A stretch of DNA of 64,000 nucleotides from Subdoligranulum sp. (GCA_004555405.1 SFIE01000003.1:1049-65048); one strand, 5' to 3'. Shown: positions 34,053 to 43,647, counted from the first letter of the stretch. Numbers and translations: made by a program. The notes: a model not told the origin generated them from the letters alone.

Positions 34053-35227
34053 CCATTCAGGAACTGACTGCCCAGCAGAAGGACTATGTGATCGAGACCC
34101 GGCGCTGGCTGCACGCCCACCCCGAGCTGGGCTGCGAGGAGATCGAAACCACAAAATTCATTTGCGCCGAGCTGGAAAAAATCGGCGTGGAGGTGCAGAC
34201 CTTTGAGGGCATTACCGGGTGCGTGGGCACCATTCACGGCGCAAAGCCCGGCAAAACCGTGATGCTGCGCGCCGATATCGACGCTTTGCCCATGCAGGAA
34301 AAAAACCAGGTGCCCTACGCCAGCGTAAACCCCGGCGTAATGCATTCCTGCGGGCACGACTGCCACACCGCCATGCTGCTGGGCGCGGCCCGTATGCTGA
34401 TGCAGAAGCGCGATGAGCTTTGCGGCACCGTGAAGCTGATTTTCCAGATGGCCGAGGAGATCGGCCGCAAGAGCGAAGAATATGTAAAGCGCGGCGCGCT
34501 GGACAACATCGACGCCATTTTCGGTATGCACGTATGGGTGCATTTGCCCGTGGGCAAGTGCAACTTTGAGGCCGGCCCCCGCATGGCCTGCAGCGACCGC
34601 TTTACCATTCAGATCCATGGCGAAGCCAGCCACGGCAGCACCCCGTTTTTGGGCAAGGATGCCATGGTGGCTGCCGCCAGCGCCGTGATGGCCATTCAGG
34701 GCATCGTGAGCCGCATCAACGACCCGCGCAACCCGCTGGTGCTCACCGTGGGCGCCATGAACGGCGGCCAGCGCATGAATATTCTGGCCGACCATGTGGA
34801 GATCGTGGGCACCTGCCGCGCGTTTGACCGTGAGCAGCGCCGCCAGATCCCCGGCTTGATCGAAAACGCCGTAAAGAGCGCCGCCGCTGTGTACGGCTGC
34901 ACCGCTGACTGCGACTATTACTTTGGCCCCGACCCCTTGATCAACGATGACCGCGAGCTGGTATCGCTGGCCCAAAAGGCCGCCAAGGAGCAGCTTGGCA
35001 GCGACTGCCTGCTGCCGCTGGAAAAAATGACAGGCGCTGAGGATTTCTCGGTGTATCTGACCAAGGCCCCCGGCATTTATGGCTATCTGGGGGTTCGCAA
35101 CGAGGAAAAGGGCATCACGGCAGACCATCACAATCCGCTGTTTGATGTGGATGAATCCGCCCTGCCGGAGGGCGCAGGCATTTATGCCCGCTTTGCGCTG
35201 GACTATCTGAGCGCCCACGCAAAGTAA
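34049..35227 (+). CDS. M20D-family amidohydrolase, copy 2 (paralogue, translationally coupled)
   Basis: 392 aa with MHSCGHDCHTAMLLGAAR. It has an ATGA overlap with copy 1. Confidence 0.8.
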   Translation: MTIQELTAQQKDYVIETRRWLHAHPELGCEEIETTKFICAELEKIGVEVQTFEGITGCVGTIHGAKPGKTVMLRADIDALPMQEKNQVPYASVNPGVMHSCGHDCHTAMLLGAARMLMQKRDELCGTVKLIFQMAEEIGRKSEEYVKRGALDNIDAIFGMHVWVHLPVGKCNFEAGPRMACSDRFTIQIHGEASHGSTPFLGKDAMVAAASAVMAIQGIVSRINDPRNPLVLTVGAMNGGQRMNILADHVEIVGTCRAFDREQRRQIPGLIENAVKSAAAVYGCTADCDYYFGPDPLINDDRELVSLAQKAAKEQLGSDCLLPLEKMTGAEDFSVYLTKAPGIYGYLGVRNEEKGITADHHNPLFDVDESALPEGAGIYARFALDYLSAHAK

Positions 35228-35278
35228 AACAGCCCTTACGCAAAAGCATTTATATTAAAATTATATGTGACATCCTAC

Positions 35279-35318
35279 AAAAAGCGGGTTCCATACACCG
35301 GTATGGAACCCGCTTTTT
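35279..35318. terminator. Bidirectional terminator between convergent M20 genes
   Basis: 18-bp perfect stem AAAAAGCGGGTTCCATAC / GTATGGAACCCGCTTTTT with a 4-nt loop. Confidence 0.85.
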
Positions 35319-35337
35319 TGGTTTTCAGTTTTTCTGA

Positions 35338-36531
35338 TCAGAAATCTTTTTTGTCTATTGCAAGAACGGTGCGGTACAGCACCTCGGCGCCCATATCCAC
35401 ATGGCGCTCGTCCGTCCACTCCTTGCCGTGGTGGCTGATGCCCGCCACGCTGGGCACAAAGATCATGCCGATGGGAACGCCGCTATGCGCCATAGCGTTT
35501 GCATCGTGTCCGGCGCCGCTGGGCATCACCACATGGGATGCGCCCACTTCCCCGGCCACTGCGTCGATGGTTTTGATCAGCTCCGGGTCGCAGGGTGTGG
35601 CATACTGGGCACAGTTGTCGGTAAAGGTGAATTCGCATTCTTTGATCTCGGCAGCCATTGCCTGAATGGCTGCAAAGAATTCATCGGTGACCGCCTTGTC
35701 CATGTGGCGGAATTCAAAGGTTGCCTCACACTCGCCGGGGATCACATTTTCTGCACCCGGCAGCACCGAGATCTTGCCCACCGTGAACACAAGCGTATCC
35801 GAAATTTCCCGGGCCTTCTTTTCCGAGGCAAGGATCAGCCTGCACATGGCGATCAGAGCATCCCGCCGGTTGGCCATCATGGTGGTTCCAGCGTGATTGC
35901 TGCTGCCAAAGGCCCGAACCGTATAGCGCACAATGCCCACAATACCGCTTACCGCGCCGATATCCAGCTTGTGGCTATCCAGATAATCTCCCTGCTCAAT
36001 GTGGTATTCCAGATAGCAGCCAAACTTGGAGATGTCGCGCTTGGCAGCGGCCACATCCCGCAGATTCCAACCATAGCTTTGCAGATTTTTTTCAAAATCC
36101 TCGGTGCTTGTATCCACCATGCCCGTTACGCACCAGCTGCCAAAGGTGCCGCCAAGAGGGCTGGATTCCTCCAGATCAAAGCCGAACACCTCCACCGGGT
36201 GGCGCAGCACGGTTTTGCTTTCGCGAAGGCGGCGAACCACTTCCATGCCGCCGATAACCCCCAGCATGCCGTCAAACATGCCGCCGCTGATCACAGTGTC
36301 CAGATGCGAGCCGATGACAATGGATTTTGCATCCTTGTCGCTGCCGGGAAGATACCCGTGCAGGTTTCCCACGGCATCCACATCCGTTTGCATTCCCAGC
36401 TTGTCCATCTCGGCGCGCAGAGCCTGCACCACCTCGTAATAAATCGGTGTGCCGCCTGTTCTTGTGATGGAGCCATCAGAGTTTTTTCCGTAGCTTCCAT
36501 ATTTGTGAAGCCACTCGTTCACGATACTCAT
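35338..36531 (-). CDS. M20-family Zn hydrolase of the allantoate amidohydrolase / N-carbamoyl-amino-acid hydrolase type
   Basis: 397 aa. IVIGSHLDTVISGGMFDGMLGVIGGMEV is typical of the hydantoinase/carbamoylase amidase family. Confidence 0.7.
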   Translation of the reverse strand: MSIVNEWLHKYGSYGKNSDGSITRTGGTPIYYEVVQALRAEMDKLGMQTDVDAVGNLHGYLPGSDKDAKSIVIGSHLDTVISGGMFDGMLGVIGGMEVVRRLRESKTVLRHPVEVFGFDLEESSPLGGTFGSWCVTGMVDTSTEDFEKNLQSYGWNLRDVAAAKRDISKFGCYLEYHIEQGDYLDSHKLDIGAVSGIVGIVRYTVRAFGSSNHAGTTMMANRRDALIAMCRLILASEKKAREISDTLVFTVGKISVLPGAENVIPGECEATFEFRHMDKAVTDEFFAAIQAMAAEIKECEFTFTDNCAQYATPCDPELIKTIDAVAGEVGASHVVMPSGAGHDANAMAHSGVPIGMIFVPSVAGISHHGKEWTDERHVDMGAEVLYRTVLAIDKKDF

Positions 36532-36567
36532 GTTTTTCTCCTATGCAGGTTTTTGTGCGCAGGGCTT

Positions 36568-37884
36568 TTATTCGCCCTTGTGCATTTCCTCGGCGTAGCA
36601 AAGATATTCCTGCTTTGTCATGGCAGGCTTTTCCTCGGCCAGGATCTTTTTGGCCTCGGCTGCGCCGTTTTTCAGCAGATGATACGCCGTGAGCGCCATC
36701 ATCTGGGCGGGCATAATGTTGGCAATGTAGGGATTGGTGACGGCAAATTCCTTGCTGTGCAGCGCACCGGCCGTGCCGCCAAAGGTAAAGTTGAGCACCG
36801 GCATAATGGCCTGCAGATCCCCCACATCGGTGGAGGCCGTGTTCTGCAGCCCCTGAGGGATCGCCGCTGCCACCACGCCCCGGTCCATCAGCGGGCGGGC
36901 CGCCTGCCACAGCACATCGCCGGGGGCGGTTTCCTTTACGGGCAGATAGCCCTGCGCATCCACGATATCGCAGTGTGCGCCAATGGCCATGGCTGCGCCG
37001 CGGAAGGCACGGTCCACTTTCTGGCTGGCCTCGTTCATGGCGGGCAGGCTGGCGGCGCGCACCATCATATCCACGATCACCTCGCTGGGCACCACATTGA
37101 TGGCATCGCCGCCCTTGCGAATGTAGGGGTGTACGCGCACATAATCTTTTTCCTGAAAGGTCTCGCGGATCATGCCCAGCGCAGCCATGCCCAGGCTGGC
37201 AGCGTTCAGCGCATTCACACCCTCGTGCGGGGCGGCGGCTGCGTGAGCGGCCTTGCCGTGTATGTACACGGTTTTGCCCACAAAGCCGCTGCAGGCGCTG
37301 TTGCCCAGCATCAGATCCACACCGCTGTCGCGCCCGGCCATCAGGCTGTGATCGGTCACGGCCATATCGATATCATCCCATGCGCCCAGGCGGATCAGCT
37401 CGCTTTTGCCGCCGGAATAGCGCACGCCATGACTGTTTTTTACTTCCTCGCGCACCGAGGCATCCAAAAATTCCTCGGCAGGCACCGCAAAGATGGTGGC
37501 CGTGCCGCCCAGCGAAGCCTTCACCTCGGGGTCTGAAAGCGCCAGCGCCGCGCCCAGGATCGAGATCAGCTGCGCGTAGTGGCCGCAGGCGTGGGCGAAA
37601 CCGGCTTCGGTGGCGTTGGGGTGGCTGGGGCAACTGAGGCCGTCCAGCTCGCCCACCAGCGCCACATTGGGGCCGCCCTGCCCGATGCGGGCCTTTACAC
37701 CGGTAACGGCCAGCCCTTCTTCGGGGGCAAGGCCCAGCTCACGCAGGTAATCGGCGGCCAGCTTGGCGGTGCGGTATTCGTGAAAGCCCTGCTCGGCGTG
37801 GGTGAAAATATCCTCGGCCATGGCCTGCAGGCGCGGCGCGTTTTGATCAATGATCTGAATGATTCTTTCTTCTATACGGTCCAT
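36568..37884 (-). CDS. M20-family amidohydrolase/peptidase
   Basis: 438 aa from MDRIEERIIQ (RBS AAGAGGGGGAAAA) with a FAHACGHYAQ metal-binding segment. Confidence 0.7.
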   Translation of the reverse strand: MDRIEERIIQIIDQNAPRLQAMAEDIFTHAEQGFHEYRTAKLAADYLRELGLAPEEGLAVTGVKARIGQGGPNVALVGELDGLSCPSHPNATEAGFAHACGHYAQLISILGAALALSDPEVKASLGGTATIFAVPAEEFLDASVREEVKNSHGVRYSGGKSELIRLGAWDDIDMAVTDHSLMAGRDSGVDLMLGNSACSGFVGKTVYIHGKAAHAAAAPHEGVNALNAASLGMAALGMIRETFQEKDYVRVHPYIRKGGDAINVVPSEVIVDMMVRAASLPAMNEASQKVDRAFRGAAMAIGAHCDIVDAQGYLPVKETAPGDVLWQAARPLMDRGVVAAAIPQGLQNTASTDVGDLQAIMPVLNFTFGGTAGALHSKEFAVTNPYIANIMPAQMMALTAYHLLKNGAAEAKKILAEEKPAMTKQEYLCYAEEMHKGE

Positions 37885-37996
37885 TGTTTTTCCCCCTCTT
37901 TTTGAAAACCGTGCGGCGGCCCTTTGCTTTGCCGCACAGCACGGCTTTTGCGTTTTTCCTATTATAGCACACCCCGCCGGGCTGCACACATTTTTT

Positions 37997-38695
37997 TCAG
38001 CCCAGCAGTGAAGTCCACAGCAGGCTGAGGGGCATCACCAGAATCAGGGCGGGCATCATATCCACAATGGGGGCATCTATGATCTTTGCCACGCGCAGCC
38101 CCGCCCCCAGCGTGAGCACACCGCCGCAGCCCGAAAGATCGGCGATCATTTCCGGGGTCAGAAACGGCGCAATGAATTTGGAAATACCGAACACGGCCAG
38201 AAAAATAAAAATCTGCGGCAGCGGGATCGCACACAGGCTTACACCCAGCCCCGTGGCAAACACGGCGGCGGTGAAAAAATCCAGCACAGCCTTGCTCATC
38301 AAAAGCGAGGCATCGCCCGTGATGCCCTCGTTCATAGCCCCGTACCAGCCAAAGCCGCTGCAGCAGAACAGCGCCACCATGGTGATGTACACGCCCATAT
38401 CCACTTCCTTGCCGCCCAGGTGCAGCGTTTCCACAAGCCATGCAAAAAAGCGGGTGGTTTTTTCGTGCAGGTGAAACACCTGCCCCACGCTGAAGCCCAC
38501 CAGCACCGCCAGCACCACCGCCGACATATTGTGCGCTTTTACCAGCGAATTCACCGCAATGCCAATGCTGCAAAGGCCAAACATAAACGGCAGATTTTGC
38601 TTGAGATACCAGGGCGTGATTTTTCTCAGTACGGTTCCGCCCAAAAGGCCGCCCAAAAACACGGCCATACAGTTTGTGATGACTCCGATCGGCAT
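37997..38695 (-). CDS. DUF554-family membrane protein (YdfK/YqgA-like)
   Basis: 232 aa from MPIGVITNCMAVFLGGLLGG. Polytopic, with the family pattern as remembered. Confidence 0.6.
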   Translation of the reverse strand: MPIGVITNCMAVFLGGLLGGTVLRKITPWYLKQNLPFMFGLCSIGIAVNSLVKAHNMSAVVLAVLVGFSVGQVFHLHEKTTRFFAWLVETLHLGGKEVDMGVYITMVALFCCSGFGWYGAMNEGITGDASLLMSKAVLDFFTAAVFATGLGVSLCAIPLPQIFIFLAVFGISKFIAPFLTPEMIADLSGCGGVLTLGAGLRVAKIIDAPIVDMMPALILVMPLSLLWTSLLG

Positions 38696-38775
38696 AATGT
38701 TACTCTCTCTTTCCTCTTGGTTGCCTCTTTGCGTTACTCTCTTTTTGTTCTCTTCTCTTTTTTCAGTGCCGCGAT

Positions 38776-39447
38776 TTATTTCCAGCCGCGGCGGGCAGGG
38801 TCCAGCGTGTCGGCTGCGGTGTACAGCAGCGCATTGCCGATGGCCGCCGCCACGCTGGAGCCGCCCTTGCGCCCCATGGCCGCAATGCAGGGCACCCCCA
38901 GCGCCTGACAGGCTGCAAAGATCTGCTGCTTGCTTTCCACCACATTCACAAAGCCCACCGGCACCGCCACCACCAGCGCAGGGCGCGCGCCCTGCTGCAT
39001 CAGCTCGGTCAGGCGCACCAGCGCCGTGGGCGCATTGCCCACGGCCACCACGGCGCCGGGGTGTTCCTGCATGGCGCGCTCCATGCTTACGGCGGCGCGG
39101 GTGGTGGCGCGGCGATCGGCTTCGGCCGCCACGGCGGCATCGGCCATATAGCACACAGCCTGCGCCCCCAGCTTTGCCAGGCTGGGCTTGCTCAGCCCGG
39201 CCAGCGCCATGTTGGTATCGGTTACCATGGCTGCACCCCTTTGCAGCGCCGCCACACCGGCCTGCACCGCACCGGGCGTAAACGCCAGATTGTCGGCATA
39301 GTCAAAATCTGCGCTGGCGTGTATGGCGCGCAGCACCACGGCGCGGTTTTCGGGCGGGATCTCTATGCCCTTTTGTGCCAGCTCGGCGGCAATGATCTGC
39401 ATGCTTGCACGCTCAATACCCGCCGGGGCCGAATGTTCCAGTTTCAA
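38776..39447 (-). CDS. cbiC: Cobalt-precorrin-8 methylmutase CbiC
   Basis: 223 aa with HASADFDY, VTDTNM, GNAPTAL and VGFVNV motifs. Confidence 0.88.
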   Translation of the reverse strand: MKLEHSAPAGIERASMQIIAAELAQKGIEIPPENRAVVLRAIHASADFDYADNLAFTPGAVQAGVAALQRGAAMVTDTNMALAGLSKPSLAKLGAQAVCYMADAAVAAEADRRATTRAAVSMERAMQEHPGAVVAVGNAPTALVRLTELMQQGARPALVVAVPVGFVNVVESKQQIFAACQALGVPCIAAMGRKGGSSVAAAIGNALLYTAADTLDPARRGWK

Positions 39448-39956
39448 TACTCCACTCCCTCTCTGGCCGCGATGCCCTTTTCATAGGGGTGTCGGCGGCA
39501 TTGCATTTCGGTGCAGTAATCGGCGGCGGCCAGCATCCAATCGGCAGGCTCGCGCCCGGTCAGCACCACTTCCAGCTGGGCCGGTTTTTGCAAAACGGCT
39601 TTTTTCAGCACGGTTTCGTCCACCAGCCCCAGCCGGCAGGCGGCGCAGGCTTCGTCCAGGATCAAAAGATCACACGGCAGCGCCAGCGCCTTTTGCAGAT
39701 TTTCGGTTTGCAGGGCGCGGGTTTCGGCTTTTTCGGCTTCATTCATCTGAAAGGCAAATTTCTGCCCGGCCTTGCCCCGCAGGATCACCGCCCCCAGCTT
39801 GCGCAGCCCTGCCAGCTCGCCGGTTTCGCCGCCCTTTAAAAACTGCACGATCACCACGGCCTCGCCGTGGCCCAGCGCGCGAAGCGCAAGGCCCATGGCC
39901 GCCGTGGTTTTGCCTTTTCCCTCGCCGCAGTAAAGATGCACCAGGCCCTGCTTCAT
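39444..39956 (-). CDS. cobO: Cob(I)yrinic acid a,c-diamide adenosyltransferase (CobO/BtuR type)
   Basis: 170 aa with the GEGKGKTTAAMG P-loop and FLKGG. Confidence 0.85.
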   Translation of the reverse strand: MKQGLVHLYCGEGKGKTTAAMGLALRALGHGEAVVIVQFLKGGETGELAGLRKLGAVILRGKAGQKFAFQMNEAEKAETRALQTENLQKALALPCDLLILDEACAACRLGLVDETVLKKAVLQKPAQLEVVLTGREPADWMLAAADYCTEMQCRRHPYEKGIAAREGVEY

Positions 39957-39959
39957 GCC

Positions 39960-41435
39960 TTATCCCTCCAGAATTTTATAGATGCGCTGCATATCCAGCG
40001 CCTTGCGAACCCCATCGGCCAAAAGATCATACTGGCTTTGCCGCCACTCGGCACGGGGCATGGCGCGTGCCTGCGGCTCAATGCCCTTGGCGCGGCACAG
40101 GCCCTCGGCCAGCGTGTCAAGGGCTTCGTCAGAGTCAAACAGCCCATGCAGATAGGTGCCCGCACACCGGCCGGACACACAGCCGTCGTACTCGCCGCTG
40201 TCAAACTGCAAAAACGGGCTTCCGTTCACCACGGTGCGGCCCTGATGGATCTCGTATCCGGTCATCTTCGCCCCCTGCAGCAGCCCGGCCAGCACACGGC
40301 CCGATTTGCGGGTGCGGGTTTTATCGGCGGTGAACACGGTTTTGCAGTCCAGCAGATCCATGCCCCGCACCTCGGGGGTGTCGCCCTCGTAGCCGTGGGG
40401 ATCGTGCAGGGTTTTGCCCATCATCTGATAGCCGCCGCACACCCCCAGCACCGGCACCCCCAGCCCGGCCAGGCGCAGAATGGCTGCCTCCAGCCCGCTT
40501 TCCCGCAGCCAAAGCAGATCGGCGGTGGTGCTTTTGGTGCCGGGCAGAATCACAAGATCCGGCTCGCCCAGCTGGGCAGGTGCGCCCACATAGCGCACCG
40601 AAAGCGCCGGGTGAGTGGCCAGCGGCGCAAAATCCGTGAAATTGCTGATATGCGGCAGGCGCACCACGGCAATATCCACTGCGCCGCAGCCGCTTCGACC
40701 CTGCAGGCCGGGGGCCAGCGAATCCTCATCGTCCACATCCACCTTGAGCATGGGCACCACGCCTGCTACCGGAATGCCCGTAAGCTGTTCCAGCTGGGCA
40801 AGGCCGGGCTGCAAAAGGCCCACATCGCCGCGGAATTTATTGATGATCAGCCCTTTTACCCGCTGCCTTTCGCTGGGCGCCAGCAGTGCCGTGGTGCCGT
40901 ACAGCTGGGCAAACACGCCGCCGCGGTCAATATCTCCGGCCAACAGCACCGGGGCATCCACCAATTCGGCAAGGCCCATGTTCACAATATCATCCTGCCG
41001 CAGATTGATCTCGGCCGGGCTGCCCGCGCCCTCGATCACGATCACATCGTTTTCGGCGGCAAGGCTTTCATAGGCGGCCAATATTTCGGGGATCAGCTGC
41101 TTTTTATAGGCAAAATATTCCTTGGCGCTCATCTGCGCCCGGATCTCGCCGTTCACGATCACCTGACTGCCCGTATCGCTGCAGGGCTTGAGCAGCACCG
41201 GGTTCATGCGCACATCCGGCTCGATGCCGGCGGCCTCGGCCTGCATATACTGCGCCCGGCCCATTTCCAGCCCATCCTTCGTTACGGCGCTGTTCAGCGC
41301 CATGTTCTGGCTTTTAAACGGTGCGGCACGCAGGCCGTCCTGTGCAAAAATGCGGCACAGCGCCGCGCACAAAAGGCTTTTGCCCGCCCCCGACATGGTG
41401 CCCTGCACCATGATGCATCTGGCTTTTTTTGCCAT
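39960..41435 (-). CDS. cobQ: Cobyric acid synthase CobQ/CbiP
   Basis: 491 aa. MVQGTMSGAGKS N-terminus and a C-terminal glutamine amidotransferase part (GVCGGYQMMG). Confidence 0.88.
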   Translation of the reverse strand: MAKKARCIMVQGTMSGAGKSLLCAALCRIFAQDGLRAAPFKSQNMALNSAVTKDGLEMGRAQYMQAEAAGIEPDVRMNPVLLKPCSDTGSQVIVNGEIRAQMSAKEYFAYKKQLIPEILAAYESLAAENDVIVIEGAGSPAEINLRQDDIVNMGLAELVDAPVLLAGDIDRGGVFAQLYGTTALLAPSERQRVKGLIINKFRGDVGLLQPGLAQLEQLTGIPVAGVVPMLKVDVDDEDSLAPGLQGRSGCGAVDIAVVRLPHISNFTDFAPLATHPALSVRYVGAPAQLGEPDLVILPGTKSTTADLLWLRESGLEAAILRLAGLGVPVLGVCGGYQMMGKTLHDPHGYEGDTPEVRGMDLLDCKTVFTADKTRTRKSGRVLAGLLQGAKMTGYEIHQGRTVVNGSPFLQFDSGEYDGCVSGRCAGTYLHGLFDSDEALDTLAEGLCRAKGIEPQARAMPRAEWRQSQYDLLADGVRKALDMQRIYKILEG

Positions 41436-41450
41436 AGACCTTCTCCCTTT

Positions 41451-42527
41451 TTACTCTTGCGGATCTTCGTTTTGCCCCTTCAGCACCTTTGCCAGCGCTG
41501 CCAGCAGGGCATCGTTTTCGGGCCCGGTGCGCACTGCGGTGCGATACCACCCCGGGCCAAGGCCGGGATAGTTTTCGCAGCTGCGGATCGACACCCCCAG
41601 CGCCTGCAGCCCCTCTGAAAGCGGCTGCCTGCAATAAAACAGCAGATAGTTTGCCTGCCCCGGCACCACCCGCATTCCCAGCGCCTGCAAAGCGGCGGCC
41701 ATGCGCGGGCGCTGGGTGCGCAGCAAAGCCCGCACCCTTTGGGGATATTCTTCATCCTGCAGCGCCGCTATGCCCGCCGCCTGCGCCGGGCCGTTCACGC
41801 TCCAGGGCTGGGCGGCAGCCTGCAGCCTTTGCAAAAGCGCGGTGTCGCTGCAAAGGCACCAGCCCAGCCGCAGCCCGGCCATGGCCCACAGCTTGGTAAA
41901 CGCCCCCAAAATCACCAGCTCGGGCCAGTCGGCCAGCAGGCTGCAGCTGCTCACGCTTTCCCTGTCCGGCAAAAATCCTGTAAAGCATTCGTCCACCACC
42001 AGCTTTGCACCCACAGCGCGGCATTGCTGCAGCGCTGCCAAAATCACCTGGCGGCTCACGGTGCGGCCCGTTGGGTTGCCGGGCTGGCACAAAAACACCA
42101 GCCCCACCCCCGGCTTTATGCGCTGTGCAAATTCCGGCGGAACCGTGAAATCGGTTTTTTCGCTCAGAACAAAGCGCTCGGTGCGGCAGCCCGCAAACTG
42201 CAGGGCGGCCTCGTATTCCGCAAAGCTGGGTGCGGTGACCAACCCCTTTTGCGGGCGCAGCACCAGCGCCAGCCGCCAGATCAGATCGGCTGCGCCGTTG
42301 CCGCACAGCACCCACTGGGCAGGCAGCGAAAAATACTGCCCCAGCGCCGCGCGAAGGCTGCGGCACAGCGGATCGGGGTAGCGCTGGGCCGCAACGGGAT
42401 CGGCCAAAGCGGCCCTTACCCCCGGCGGCAGCCCCAGCGGCGAAACATTGGCCGAAAAATCCAAGGGCTCGGCCCCGTACCGGGCTTTAAACCCGGCCCA
42501 GTCGCCCCCGTGTACCAGCTTTTCCAC
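41451..42527 (-). CDS. cobD: Threonine-phosphate decarboxylase CobD (class I/II aminotransferase fold)
   Basis: 358 aa with a GTG start after GGAGGGAAAA. HGGD... N-terminus and operon context. Confidence 0.8.
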   Translation of the reverse strand: MEKLVHGGDWAGFKARYGAEPLDFSANVSPLGLPPGVRAALADPVAAQRYPDPLCRSLRAALGQYFSLPAQWVLCGNGAADLIWRLALVLRPQKGLVTAPSFAEYEAALQFAGCRTERFVLSEKTDFTVPPEFAQRIKPGVGLVFLCQPGNPTGRTVSRQVILAALQQCRAVGAKLVVDECFTGFLPDRESVSSCSLLADWPELVILGAFTKLWAMAGLRLGWCLCSDTALLQRLQAAAQPWSVNGPAQAAGIAALQDEEYPQRVRALLRTQRPRMAAALQALGMRVVPGQANYLLFYCRQPLSEGLQALGVSIRSCENYPGLGPGWYRTAVRTGPENDALLAALAKVLKGQNEDPQE

Positions 42528-42542
42528 GGTTTTCCCTCCTAT

Positions 42543-42697
42543 TTGTTGAAAGTTTTAAAAAAATGTTGAAAACTTAAATTTTCTTTCGTGTTATCATTAT
42601 TTCAAGGCATTTTACAGTGTGTAAAACAGGCGGAAAACTGCCGATTTTTGCAAGTTTTCAACATAAGTTCCCCGGTTTCGCAGCAGGTTTTCAACAC
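42543..42697. repeat. Nested inverted repeats built from four TGTTGAAA(A/G)(C/T) units around a central 7-bp-arm palindrome
   Basis: Outer arms are 42543-42556 and 42686-42696 (imperfect). Inner arms ATGTTGAAAACTT (42563-42575) and AAGTTTTCAACAT (42652-42664) are perfect over 13 bp. The central palindrome TTTTACA-GTG-TGTAAAA is at 42610-42626. Confidence 0.8.
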
Positions 42698-43647
42698 CCC
42701 AACCCTGTGCGAGCCAAAAAGCCCAGCGCCACCGCCAGCACGCTGCCCGCCAGCATTACCCGATTGGTGCGGGCAATATCCCGGGGCTCCACCGGGCGGT
42801 GTGCATCGCCAATGGTTTTTTTGTTGTAATACTCGCCGAAATACCATGCCGGGCCTGCCAGCTGCACCCCCAGCGCCCCCGCACAGGCCGATTCGGTTTG
42901 CGCGGAATTGGGGCTGGCATGGCAGCGGCGGTCACGCCGCCAAATGCGCCACGCGCCCTGCATACTTTGGCCGCACAGCCCTGCGCACAGGATCCACAGC
43001 AGCGCCGCCAAGCGGCTGGGCAGCCAGTTGGCAATATCATCCAAATGGGCGGCAGCGCGCCCGAAATACAGATACTTTTCGTTTTTATAGCCCACCATGC
43101 TGTCCATGGTGTTGATGCTTTTATAGCACAGCGCCAGCGGTGCGCCGCCCAGCAGCATATACAGCAAGGGGGCGATGACGCCGTCGGAAAAATTTTCGGC
43201 CACGGTTTCCACAGCGGCCTTGGCCACCCCCTCCGGGGTAAGGGCGGCGGTATCGCGCCCCACAATGCGGCTCACCGCCCGGCGCGCCGCAGGCAGGTCC
43301 TGTTTTTCCAGCTGCCGCTGCACGGCGGTGCTTTCGGTATACAAGCCCTTGGCGGCCAGCGCTTGCCAGCACCACACGGTTTGCACCAAAAGCCCCAGCG
43401 CCGGATGCAGCGCCTGCGCAGCCCGGCACACAAGGCCCGTGAGCAAAAGCGTGCCCAGGGGCAGCACCGCCGCCAGCACGCGCCCTGCGTGCAAAAGCCC
43501 GGCCTCGCTTGGCCCAAAGGCGCGGCGCAGGGGCTTTTCCAGCGCCGAAATGGCCCTGCCCATCAGCACCACCGGGTGGGGCATCCAGGCAGGATCCCCC
43601 AGCAAAAGATCCAGCCCAAAGCCCAGCAAAACGGCCTGCGTTACCAT
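42691..43647 (-). CDS. cbiB: Adenosylcobinamide-phosphate synthase CbiB
   Basis: 318 aa from MVTQAVLLGFGLDLLLGDPAWMPHPV (characteristic), membrane protein. Confidence 0.88.
   Translation of the reverse strand: MVTQAVLLGFGLDLLLGDPAWMPHPVVLMGRAISALEKPLRRAFGPSEAGLLHAGRVLAAVLPLGTLLLTGLVCRAAQALHPALGLLVQTVWCWQALAAKGLYTESTAVQRQLEKQDLPAARRAVSRIVGRDTAALTPEGVAKAAVETVAENFSDGVIAPLLYMLLGGAPLALCYKSINTMDSMVGYKNEKYLYFGRAAAHLDDIANWLPSRLAALLWILCAGLCGQSMQGAWRIWRRDRRCHASPNSAQTESACAGALGVQLAGPAWYFGEYYNKKTIGDAHRPVEPRDIARTNRVMLAGSVLAVALGFLARTGLGC

Noticed and set aside
35401-37536. 711-aa plus-strand ORF
   Set aside because: It is antisense to two M20 amidohydrolase genes that carry clear metal-binding motifs. The shadow ORF spans their intergenic gap, which a real gene would not be expected to do.
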